Positions 13,801 through 25,051 of a stretch of 64,000 nt of DNA are shown in pieces. Position 1 is the stretch's first letter, and the number at the start of each line of letters is the position of its first letter. The notes under the pieces are model-generated. The model was given only the letters and a program-made list of their open reading frames with translations. It ran no database searches and was not told the DNA's origin. The stretch is from Dimorphilus gyrociliatus (lineage: Eukaryota > Animalia > Annelida). The stretch spans positions 434,001-498,000 of the forward strand of contig CAJFCJ010000002.1 of assembly GCA_904063045.1 (NCBI GenBank). Reading direction: 5' to 3'. Made by a program: the position numbers and the translations under genes.

Positions 13801-15110
13801 TTTAAATATAGAATAGTCGCTCCAGTAACCAACAGGTTCACCCTCATGAAGAAGTTTTGAACGTATCCAAATTTCGTAAGATGTGTAGGGAGTTAAATCG
13901 AATAACTCATATTCTAGTTTAGAACCAACATTTTTCGTCTAGTGAAAAAAAGAACATCGGAAGACTATTCACCTTTCTTTTAATTCAAATGGTAAAAAAA
14001 CTACTTTTTTTTCTGTTTCGCTATCAAATTCGGCAAAATATGTAATTTCATATTTCACTCTTTCTCCTTTAGGATGATTCCATGAAAGTTTCACAGAATT
14101 TTTTGTAATATTAAATGCAGTAGTACTTTTAATCTGTGTAGGCTTCGCTACAAAAGGAATAAATTTACAGTAAATATTAATAATTGATGATTGTTTCGTA
14201 CCCAGAGAAGAATTTATCCAAAAAGTGTATATCCTTTGCACTTTATTGAGAGGTAGAGGATATATCGTTGTAAGTTTCAGAGTAAAATTATTAAAAAGTT
14301 GAGCACCTTCCAAAGGAAAGCTATGATTTGAAATTGAGCTGGATAGATTTTGGCGAAGCCATTTGCCATGACTATTAAGTGATTGAATTTTCAATAGACA
14401 AAGACAAAGCAGCTAGTTATTAAATCCTTACTGATTTTTCCATTCAATAGTGTAATCCGTTTGAAGAATATGTTCACGTGGACAGTTGTTATCCAGGTTA
14501 AAGTTGCACTCTAAAAAGTTCATATCAAAAAAAAAACAGGAATAGTCTGTAAGTGGTGGCGGTTTGCAGTTTACGTCGACCTTAAAAAAAGAAATTTTTA
14601 ATAAAAATTAACTAATCTAAATAGGAAATACGAAAGTGATACATCGTAAGAAAAAACTACTTTACTGTTGTATAACTTGAGATGATATGTTCACTACTGC
14701 ATGAGTATTCTCCTGAATCGTCGTAGAGTGCGTGCTCCTTATAATACGTTATATGGGTAGAATTTGAACTTGTTGGACTCAATCTTGATTGAAAAACGTT
14801 TCAAGGAGGACAGGATGTCAATTATAGCAAATTTTTACCTCTTTTTATTGAAGTCAAAATGTGTAGTTTCAGGCTTATCCTTTATATGTACGCGGCAATG
14901 TAAGATTATGGTTTCATTAACTGACACAAAGAAATGTTTCTTTTCCATACCTACAAAAATTAAGAATATTGAAAAAACAAAAGCATTCAGTCTTATGACC
15001 ATTTAGTACTTACCATATTTCGGATTTTCATCACAGTCAACTTTAAAATGCCAAAGAATTTGTAATATGAGAAACACAAAATTTACTAATTTAAATATAG
15101 GGAATGTCAT
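10847..15110 (-). CDS. Class I cytokine receptor, gp130/LIFR/Domeless-like: signal peptide, Ig, cytokine-receptor homology module, five further FN3 repeats, TM, short tail
   Basis: ATG at 15110 with signal MTFPIFKLVNFVFLILQILWHFKVDC. Ig motif DDSGEYSC; Cys-pair KPPPLTDYSC...LEC; GYWSDYS at 13810-13830; D4-like PKRDRNGIILHYNVTY. TM TIGGTIGVAGLLLIIYLVI is split by intron 11629-11574. Tail exons 11573-11516, 11118-11047, 10996-10847 are in phase. Confidence 0.78.
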
Positions 15111-16464
15111 TATTATTAAATTTTAACACCAAATATTTTTAAGTGCTTTCAAAAGGATAAATTTCTTAGAAAAGAGAGAAATTGTAAATATATCTTTTAG
15201 AAACAAAAAAACACGTTATTTAGAAATTAAATTTATCGGATAATGTAATAAAATTTAATTAATCGAAAAAGATTATTAATTAAACGACACTAGAGAATTA
15301 CTGGCCTTGAATGTATTGTCAATACATTCCTACATTTAATTTTTTTGAACTCATTCATTTTAGATAGAGCTCAATAACAATATTCTTAATTAGTATAAAA
15401 GGCAGTATATCTATAATATCAAGCATTCGACAATAAAAAAGAACAAAGTTCTCTTTTTTTTTTCTATCAGCGTAGCAATCTGGATAATATCTAATAATTT
15501 TTTCCCTTAGTTAAATTAAAAAAGGAACTGTTAATATTGATAAGGAAAATGCGTTAATTAAATATTGAATATTCGCTTTTATAAAGAATTTACGGGGAAG
15601 TAGATTTGAGCAAAGAGAGATAAATCTTGTAAATTTGTTTAGCATCTATCGATAAAATATAGGCGACATGTAAAATTTTTACTCAGTATTAGAAATATCT
15701 ATACAGTCTTTAGTATTTATAAGCCAATATACAGTATTTAGTTATATTGGTATATCTAACTTTTCACATTTTTAATATCATATAGCTGTTATCGAGAGAA
15801 AATCGGTGAGTAGTAAAATTAGGGAAAAACACACAAAAATCTTCCGGAGAAATAAAATAACCGAATGTTGCTTAGAGGAATCTGTCAGCCGTGCACTGAC
15901 GAATGCAGATATAACGCATCTGAGACATGCTAAATCTACTGGCTAGAGGCTTATGATAATACCGAGATTAGGATTCGATGCTTTAAATAATGTATATATA
16001 CTTGATATGTATATACATAGTAAAACTGAGTTTAAGTTTAACGCAATGGAAAGCTTTTGTTTAAAGAGTAAAAAACTCACTACAACATACTAATATATCT
16101 AAGATTTATTCTCATAATATTAGTTTATACTAAATAGGACAGTATATATGTGTTAATGACAGATTTATTCGATTTTCATCTGGAAGTTTACTGTTCATAG
16201 CTGGAGTAACTAGCGAGCCTTTCTCTCATAAAACAATTATCAATCCTTCTCCAACAGTTCTTGACAAATGATAATTATGTCGGTTTGCTAACTGCATACT
16301 AATATAGGCGTAAGCTAGCTATCTTTAGATTACTTTAAACATAGTAAAAATATATTATAAACAAATATAAGGCATCATAAAAAGTTTGTTTCACGAATGA
16401 CGATAAACTTTCATTTTTTCTTTTAAGCCTCAATAGGATTAGCGTATAAAAAAAATTCCTATTC

Positions 16465-16995
16465 TCATAAACAGGGCTGTCGTTGACCTTTATCGCATTC
16501 ATTGCCATCGGCAAAGACTCCAGTCGAAGTTGCTCGTTTTTCTTTCTTCTTCTTCTTAAGATATTTTATGATACCATAAACTGCTAAACCAATACCTATT
16601 AATAAGAGTATAAAAATCCCTCCAACAATACCACTTACTACCAGAGTAGCCTTTCCATGAACGATAGCATTATTATTAGTCTTTGTATTTTTTACTTTTA
16701 ATCCTACAAGTTGATCCACAATCTTAACAATCTCATTCTGAGTTTTTCCTTGTGCAAACCAGCCAACATGAGGACATAAATTGAAGCACAGAGGTGTAGG
16801 ATCTCTACAAACTATTTCACAAGGTAAGCAAGTAGGAATATTCTCTCTGTTGCAATAATCCGTAATTTTGCAAAAAGTGTCATTTCCACAAGCCAGCGGT
16901 GTAATCGGAAGACTAGTTATCACCGAAATTTGAATAGCAGTAATCAAGTAGATGAAAAAGACAAAACAATTACAAACACCTTTGCCAGAAACCAT
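16465..16995 (-). CDS. Single-exon type I TM protein with one 8-Cys domain; Grindelwald/BCMA-TACI-like TNF receptor
   Basis: Signal-like N-terminus; C-x5-C-x5-C-x7-C-x2-C-x3-C-x6-C-x3-C; TM LVVSGIVGGIFILLLIGIGLAVYGII followed by KKKKK; short tail without a death domain. Confidence 0.7.
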   Translation of the reverse strand: MVSGKGVCNCFVFFIYLITAIQISVITSLPITPLACGNDTFCKITDYCNRENIPTCLPCEIVCRDPTPLCFNLCPHVGWFAQGKTQNEIVKIVDQLVGLKVKNTKTNNNAIVHGKATLVVSGIVGGIFILLLIGIGLAVYGIIKYLKKKKKEKRATSTGVFADGNECDKGQRQPCL

Positions 16996-17437
16996 TCTTC
17001 GAGGTTTAATTTTTAATATTCACAAAGAGAATAGTTTAAAGACGGCGCCACTATACATAGTATTGCGTCTTTCAGAGTGTTTCGCCAGGTAAAAATTGAT
17101 TTCAAATGAAAGTAACCGTTAACAATGAAGCTCATAAGGAGTTCAACACATGTTTGAAAACTATAAAACCTCTAAATATTTAATTTTATATAAGTTTTAT
17201 ACCAGAACGTATTGTATATACAAATGTAAATATAAACTATCTAACTATTTTATGAAGTGATTCTATATTGGAAATTAATCATTTGCATAGAATTTTAAAT
17301 GATTAATTTACATACTATAAACATGCCAATTGTTTCCAACTGGGAAGTTAGCTGTCTTAGTACGTTTTGGAAATAGCAGATAATAAAACATTTTGTTAGT
17401 TATTCAATTAAAATACTGTACTAACTAACGAAACCAA

Positions 17438-18486
17438 TTACAAACAACCACAGGTAGTTGCTTGAAAGTTTTTAATAGATATGTTATGACTATATTGTAA
17501 ATTACCATTGGCAGTTAAAACTAAAAATTTTAAGGGTTTGTACGCTGTTCCAACACATCTCACTTTCGGTAAATTTCCTTTTAGTTTGTTCCTAATTGCG
17601 GCATTTCTTGTTGTGTCACATCTAAGCGAGCAAAAATAAAAAGAAATTAAATTATTTAAAGGTAAGCAAATGAGTAAACGAACTGTTCTATAAAATTTCC
17701 ACATTCTCCTTGGCAATATGTAAATTTAACAGTTTGTGGTCGTATCGCATAATCGAATTCAAATATCTCTTTCAAATCAACAATGATGGTTTTTAATCTA
17801 CAATCACATCTTTCCGCTTTCGTTAGTTGGTTAATCGACCTTTTCTTTTTCCGTAATTTATTCGGGGAATAGACGACAACTCTTGGTTTTACTGAAGAAT
17901 TTATTCCATTGAGTTTTCCCCGAATCTTTATCGTGCCATTGCGATTGACTGCTCGAAATTTTAGAGTTAGACTTTTTAATCGATCCGAGTAAATTACGCT
18001 GGGACGAACGACGTCGGACGTGTAGGATGGGATTAGGGCAACGTTTTTTCGATTCCTCACGGACTTTAACGACCAGAGAATTTCGCCGTAAAGGCGAGTA
18101 AAATTTTCTCTTTTTATAGTTAAAGTGAAGTGGCCTTTGTCTCCTATATGGTCTTTAAGTAATTGATTTATATTAATTGCTTTTTCTCTTAGTAAAAAAA
18201 GGGAAATATTATAAAAGGTAAGAGGAAAAGTCGCTCAAATTTATCCCTTAACGTTACTTTTCTAAAGAATCCTACTCACATGCGAATTTTGTAAAGAATC
18301 CATTTTCTAGATGCGGCGAAAATCGAAGGTATTTAGGCTTCTTTCGTAGTCTTAACAGGTCTATATTTAGAGAGCAGAATTTTTATGGACGCTTTATTAA
18401 CCAAAAGGAAACGAATTACCTGTACAGATAGTAGATGAAAGAAGGGAAATCGAGAGTAAGAAATTTATATGATAGCTTAGTAACAT
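17438..18486 (-). CDS. Divergent TGF-beta superfamily ligand precursor (about 293 aa), 4 exons
   Basis: Exons 18486-18420 (signal MLLSYHINFLLSISLLSSTICT), 18360-18280, 18233-17684, 17621-17438; internal boundaries are moderately certain. Furin site RKKKR; cystine-knot pattern CDC...CQGEC...RCV...TTCGCL. Confidence 0.8.
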
Positions 18487-19412
18487 TGTCTTTATTATAC
18501 TGGCACTTTTATCACCGAATGCCTGAATTGAATCCGTAAGACAATACGAATAATTGTTTATACTTAGTCAGCCTTCTTCAATTGTGCGCTTTGCCCTTGT
18601 TTTATGCTTTTTAGTGTTTGTTTATATTGTTATTTTGGTTGACCGAATTTTCTCTTTTTTATTTGTAAACAAACTATTACGCAATACAATTAAGAAGGAA
18701 ATGAATTGCATAAATAAAGAATGATTCTTCGGTATAGCGATTACGATGATAGCGCAGAAGCGAAGTATTTTACTAGATAAAAAGACATATTATTCAAATA
18801 AATCAAAGATATAATATTGTATACTATGTATTTATATTTTATATTTCTTTCCCTTTCGTAAAAACGAGCAGGAATCCTCAAACGTTGATCGAAGTTTATT
18901 GCTATATAGTCAATTCCCGACGCCGATTGCATGATGAACATTTAATGAGCCATTAACTTCGGTCTGCATCGCACTGTATATTCTTTCTGTTTGAGAATTT
19001 AGGAAGGTTAAGGTCACAGCTTAGGAAACCTTTAAGAGGGGGGAGAGGAAAAAGACACTCATTACAACGTGTGAGCGTCTGGTGAATTGGATAAAGCGCA
19101 AATTGCGCTACGACATACTCATTACGCTCTTATTCGTTCGTCTAGAAATCTTGTTTTTTGTTTGATTATTAACAACTCAGTCTGAACGTGAACGATATAA
19201 TAAACTATCAGCACGTTCGTCATTTAGGCCTAGTGTCAGACGAAAGGAGAGGGCAGAGACAGCCACATTTAGAAGGCGGCGTTGGCGTCGAATAGATAAA
19301 AACCGAGAGGACGAGAATGATTGCCGGTAGCTGGTAGACTGTGGACGGCAATAGAAGATTGTCTTTTGTTTTTCTCGCTAATGACTCGACTCATCTTAAA
19401 CTTAAGGAGTAG

Positions 19413-21095
19413 ATGGTGTCTACCCGATCTTTTTTATGCCTGTTGTTTCGTTTATTTTACGATAATAAGAGGATTGTTGGCTTTTGCATTCAAATGACAA
19501 TGATACTCTTCTTTACATTTATTGGAGTTGTATCTGCAAACAAAGAATGTATTACCGTTGAAGAGTGGTCAGATATAAAAGTCAGCTGCCAAACTTCAAA
19601 TTTGTACAAGATCTTCCCCATTTTACCGAAGAACGTGACTACTCTCGACTTATCGTTTAGTGATATACCTGTGCTGGGAAGACTACCAAAACTACCTCAT
19701 TTAAGAACTTTTGAGGCAAGACGTTGTGGAATTAAGAAAATAAGAAAAGACGCTTTTCAAGATACACCTGCCATAGAAACGATTGAGCTGGATCGTAATC
19801 AAATCAAAAAGATTCCAGATTTTCTTCCGGCAACTCTCTCTCGCCTTCGAAAGTTGTCGTTGTCTTACAACCGAATTAGACGTTTGGATAATTCGTTGTC
19901 TATGTTAGAGAATTTAGAGATTCTAGATTTGCAAGGTAACAAAGAATTGAAGAGGACTGATGAGAACGTGTTCGCAAAATTGAAACTGAAAATACTTGCC
20001 ATCGACGCAACTGGCTTATCAACTCTAAAGGGAATAGAGCCTTTAAGGGATCATCTAGATGTTTTGTCCGCCTCGAACATTCATCCATTTTTTTCGATTA
20101 GTCAAAGTTTTCTCGAAGGATTTTATTTGAACGATTTAACGTTGGATAACGACAGTATTAACGACCTGCGGTTTTTACGCCGCGTCAAATCGGCCTACAT
20201 CTATTTGAATCATAATCCTATCGGTTCCCTACGCATCATTTCGAATTTTTCCAGTCTATCTGTTACGCGTGGCTTTTTCTTGAAAAACTGTAGTTTGCGT
20301 TCCGTTAATAACGAGGATCTAAGTCGGCTAACTTCCGTGCAGGAATTAAATCTTTCCGAAAATCTTATCGAATACGTGCAGCTAGAGGCTTTCGTTAATT
20401 TAAAAAATTTAAGGACGCTGGATCTCTCCGGAAATTTGTTGACGAACGTTCCAGTAGCTGTGAAACTATTACTACCGACGGCGAGTATTCTAATAAGTAA
20501 TAACCCGTTACTGTGTGACTGTCAGAGTAATTGGTTGATGGAGACGAATTTAAGGAATAAACTCAAGGCTCAATTGGATTGTGCCGCCGTGAATGGAACG
20601 AGAAATGAACTATTATATAATTCCTTCCAATGTTCGCAACCTTCATTTGCTGTTCCTGCCTTTTATAACTCGTCTGATAGTTGTGCAACTTGTATCGTTG
20701 CAGCAGCACCCAGAGCAGCCATTTACTTTTTGTGCGACGGTATCGTTTACGGTTCAACGTCCAAGTCTATAGAACGTCGTCAACCGTACCTGACCCAAGC
20801 ATCATTTTGCGGAAATTGTTTTGAAATCGAATGCGTAGCGTCAAACTTTCAGGGAACAATTCGGCAGAAACTCTCAACTAATTTAGAGAGTCATAAAAGT
20901 CATATGAGTGATTTTAAGCTTACAATAGTAATTATCGTTTCGTTTATTATGCTTCTACTGATTATTTCAATTGTAACTTATTCTTACCTGAAAAGAAAGT
21001 ATACAGTTAATAAGGGAGTTCTTTGGCTGCGAGTGAAAACTTGGAATGTAAATACCAACGAACCCTTAATCGATAACGATGACGAATACGTATAG
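19413..21095 (+). CDS. Intronless LRR type I membrane protein (LRRs, LRRCT, degenerate Ig-like segment, TM, short tail, no TIR)
   Basis: 560-aa ORF; repeats LxxLxLxxNxI; LRRCT NNPLLCDC; CIVAAAPRAAIYFLC...ECVASNFQG; TM LTIVIIVSFIMLLLIISIVTY. The true start may be MTMILFF. Confidence 0.9.
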   Translation: MVSTRSFLCLLFRLFYDNKRIVGFCIQMTMILFFTFIGVVSANKECITVEEWSDIKVSCQTSNLYKIFPILPKNVTTLDLSFSDIPVLGRLPKLPHLRTFEARRCGIKKIRKDAFQDTPAIETIELDRNQIKKIPDFLPATLSRLRKLSLSYNRIRRLDNSLSMLENLEILDLQGNKELKRTDENVFAKLKLKILAIDATGLSTLKGIEPLRDHLDVLSASNIHPFFSISQSFLEGFYLNDLTLDNDSINDLRFLRRVKSAYIYLNHNPIGSLRIISNFSSLSVTRGFFLKNCSLRSVNNEDLSRLTSVQELNLSENLIEYVQLEAFVNLKNLRTLDLSGNLLTNVPVAVKLLLPTASILISNNPLLCDCQSNWLMETNLRNKLKAQLDCAAVNGTRNELLYNSFQCSQPSFAVPAFYNSSDSCATCIVAAAPRAAIYFLCDGIVYGSTSKSIERRQPYLTQASFCGNCFEIECVASNFQGTIRQKLSTNLESHKSHMSDFKLTIVIIVSFIMLLLIISIVTYSYLKRKYTVNKGVLWLRVKTWNVNTNEPLIDNDDEYV

Positions 21096-23110
21096 ACAAT
21101 AGAAATTTCGGACACTTTTATCACAGAGATTTTCTTGTCTGTGTAATAAAGTTTGTAAGAAAGGAAAACACAAGGTGTCGCCTCTATATAAAGATATATA
21201 TATAAAGTATACATATCATATAGATGACAGCACAGTCGTCACTTCTTAATAAAATACGATATAATAGACTTAAAGATAAATTTGGTTCTTTTATGATTAT
21301 TTGTTTTTAAAAGATGAGATGTGGTCTTATTGGGAATTTTATTAAGTATTCAATAAGAGAGCAAAAAGATACATTCATAGATTTAATATATATGTTTGTA
21401 CGAGTGACAACTAACTTACTAAAAAGGAAGATATCGGGGGGAAAAAAGACAGGAAATAATATTCATTTATAAAATATTAGTCTCTATTAATTATTAATCT
21501 TTTAAGTTAAACGTAGACGAGGCAAATGAAGGTTCTTTAACTACTAGGAGCATCTAAGCTTTTAAGAAAATGGTATCGAAAATTACAGTGTGAGAAATTA
21601 TGAATTATCACGAAATTGTCACCTTATTTAAGGATATTGCAGATTTAAAAATAAAAAAAAGACCTTCTTATGAGAAAAAAACTTTTATACGTTGTTTTAT
21701 ATAGCCTTCCTACTCAAACATCAAGTTAGTTTAAGAAGATGCTTCTATATTTAGTGGCGTTGGAAAATTTAAAAGCTTTATAGTATTAAGCTTAGTAACA
21801 AACCTTAAGATGGATATATAAGGGAACGAAGAACCAATAAATGACGATTGTTTACCTCATTGTACTAATGTGTACGGAGTAAGCTAAGAAGAAGTCAATA
21901 TTCAAGCGTCTAACTATAATTCTATAAAGCTGTTCGAATTCCTACGTGAACTAACATATTTTTTTACCTGCTACTTTATTGTCTTTATTTTATCGTTAAA
22001 TTACCTTATTTTTATTTCAACTAGATGATTGATTGTATTGTATAACTTTAGAACAACAGCTACTCTTTTTATAAGAGAATAAATTGTTAATATGGGTTAA
22101 TTAAAGACTTTTGTCAACTAATAAAAAAAGAGTTATTAATTAAATATAACTACATAAAAATGAAAATGACGTTTTTAATAGTATCAGTTCTGTTCCTATA
22201 CATTTATACAATTTAATGCTGTTCTATTTTTAAAATTGTCAGTATTGCAACTCTATAAACAGCTACGAGAAATGCCTCAAAGACTAAAGCCAAGTCTTGG
22301 GGTAATCTTCATAAATATCATATAACGCATTAACCATTCGACACAATGAAAAACTACTTGTAAAATGAACAGAGGGATGTCTTTACAATATTAAGTTGTT
22401 TTAATTAAGTCTTAATTCTATCAATAGATGAATAACGATTAGGAAGCAATTATTGATCTGGAAAACCGGTCTTAAAAAATGAGTGGGTTAAGTAAGCTCT
22501 ACTTCGGAAGCTGTTTTCATAATAAATTTCCAGTCAAAACAAATATAAGTGTATATAAACACACTTCGTTTAATTTCAATAACGTAAATAATGAATAATT
22601 TATAGTGTAGGGTATTAAAAAGTTGAATTCTACCCTCAAAAAAGTTCTATCTTGGAGCATCAGTACTCAAATATTTATGTACAATAGAAAAGAAGAAAGC
22701 GAGAAATGCAATATATTACGTCTGATGAAGTCCATCAAACTTAGGGTAGTTACTAAGCTACCTCAAAAATCGGCAATATGGCCGCTGGGAAGAAAGTATA
22801 AGAGTGGAAGTAAACTGCATTCGTCATTCCAACGCGGTGCATATTGCCTAAAAAGATTAAGAATAAAGTATTGAAAATAAAAGAGAGATCAAGTTGACTG
22901 GAATATTCTACGTTGAAGAGAAGTAAAACTTATAGTTTACTTGAAAATAAATTTGGAAACAGGAATAATAAATAATAAACAAAAAAAAGAGAAAAAAACA
23001 TATTGAAAGAAAGAAAGAAAGAAAAATGTTTATAGCTTAACTTCTCAATTTTTGATTGGATAGTAAACCGAATTCTTTTTGGATCTATACACGGTTATTA
23101 TTCAGTTACG

Positions 23111-23698
23111 ATGAAGCTCTTCATATTCTTTCATGTCGCTTTAGCTCTTCTCTGCCTAAAATCGGTTCGAGTCCAGGCCGTGCGATTCGATTGGGAGATG
23201 AATAACGGTAAAACATGTTCTGATACAGAAAGCTAATATCTTTTTCCTTCCTTTCATATTTTCTAATCGTATAACGTAGAACATTCCTCTTTCGTACAGA
23301 TATATTAAATATATCATTTTTTTCATTTTATTGGACATTTTCTAGGAATAGATTGATTTCAAACTTTCCTTCCTATCACCTTTAAGCTTATACCGTTGAC
23401 ATTTAGGAATAGTTTCATTTTAATAACTTTTTGTCTTTAACTTTAACAAGTTTATTTATAATTATTTCTTTTCTTAATTGCAGGAGAATTAAACAATCAA
23501 GATAATGGAAAAGATTATTTAAATTTCGCTAAGGAATTTACCCGCAATTTTCTAATTGGATCCCAAATTCAGAACTTCAGAAAAAACAAAGAAGAATTAG
23601 GAAGGATTATACACGGAGAAACAAAAAGAGGAATTAGTTGTATTCGTAATTGTTTGCGCCGAATGAATAATTTGTTTAGATGTCATAGTGTTTGTTAA
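23111..23698 (+). CDS. Secreted neuropeptide/hormone precursor (103 aa), 2 coding exons; predicted mature GISCIRNCLRRMNNLFRCHSVC
   Basis: Exon 23111-23207 encodes MKLFIFFHVALALLCLKSVRVQA-VRFDWEMNN with donor G|GTAAAA. Exon 23484-23698 follows a strong acceptor (ttttcttaattgcag), is in phase, has KR before a terminal 4-Cys peptide, and ends at TAA 23696-23698. Not in the ORF track. Confidence 0.8.
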
Positions 23699-24672
23699 AA
23701 ATTTCGTTAAATTTTTCTTTTTCATTATTATCATTATAATCCCAAAGATGTAAAAAAATAAGTAAAAAACCAAAAAAAAGAGCTTATTGAAGATATTATT
23801 CAAAAATATATGATGATTTGTGTATTTTGTTATTTACTCTTCGCGATATATATATATTCTCATATGTAATATGTTTATAAACGAAGAGAGCAAATGTGTA
23901 GACATAAATCAATTGAAGAGGAGCGTTTTGCAGTTACTTAATAACAAATTAAGTAACAACTGCTTTGAAAATCATTCTTTTCATTTGAAAAATAAGATTC
24001 TATTCAAAATAAATTTAGATTCTTTTCTAGAGTCCTTTCCCTATGAAAATTCAATGCTCTACCGATAGCAGGAAATTACGTTTATTCCTTTTTTGTATTA
24101 GAATAACAACATGTGACCTGAATAAGAAGTTATGTTCGTGTATACAGTATTCAATACAAATATGATAAAAAATAGTAAACCAAAAGGACTTTATTATATA
24201 ATTTAATGTAATATCTAAAGCTTATATGTTATATAAAATAGTTAAAGTGTAGTATTTTATTATAACTAGGCAGAACTTGATAAGAGATATCATTTTTTTG
24301 TGTTGTCATGGCAATTATTTGAATAAAAATCTTAACACAGCTAATTCAATAGGAATGGGTATTTAGACTCTGAAAAGTTGTAAAAATCTAATTTTTCCTG
24401 TAGCTTTCAGCATTTCGTTTGAAGAAATTTCTTGTTTTCTAAGAAAATTTGTCCTCCTTCTGAGTTTCTGCTATAATTTCTATTTGTTAATTTTCTTTTC
24501 ATTTTTTAATGATAAAAGAATATATCTATACACTATAAATGTGTGTATATGTTTACAGTATATCACATATAGACTATCGATATGTTTGATCATGAGAAGG
24601 CCTATTTCATGGGCTAAAAAAAACCTTAGATAATGCTATATTTACACGCAGTCGTTAATAAATGATAAGATA

Positions 24673-24692
24673 AAAGAGAGAGAGAGAGAGAG
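24673..24692. repeat. (AG)n microsatellite
   Basis: agagagagagagagagag read directly. Confidence 0.85.
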
Positions 24693-25051
24693 CGTCGGAT
24701 TATAAAGATGAATTGACTCGATAAGAGGAAGAGAGGAAGTTTGAGAAGAAATGGAGATGAAGCGTAACCTCTAGGAAATAGGGAGAAAAAAAGGGTTTGA
24801 AGGTCAAAAGTAGAATTTTTTAACGAAATATATACTGTATATATAATTAAATGCAGGAAAAAAGTTGACCAAGAAATAAAACTGAAAAATGGAACGTAAA
24901 TAAATAAATGAATCAAAGAAATACACACCAGCTGTATTTAAATTGATTAGCACAACAGTTATGTTCATAATCATTGAAATTATTTTCGTAGACTAGCACA
25001 GAAATAGAGTACATTATTTTTCCTTTGAGTAAAGTTATATTCATTGCCTTA

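Noticed and set aside
21822-21878. Exon-like segment NEEPINDDCLPHCTNVYG flanked by AG and GTAAGC
   Set aside because: No compatible upstream or downstream exons found; may be chance.
23597-23803. Minus-strand 68-aa hydrophobic ORF
   Set aside because: It is antisense to the much better supported peptide precursor exon, and has low-complexity AT composition.
23875-23936. Minus-strand fragment AKR-SSSIDLCLHICSLRL* resembling a second KR/C-x3-C peptide
   Set aside because: Weak acceptor, and no signal-peptide exon could be linked in phase.
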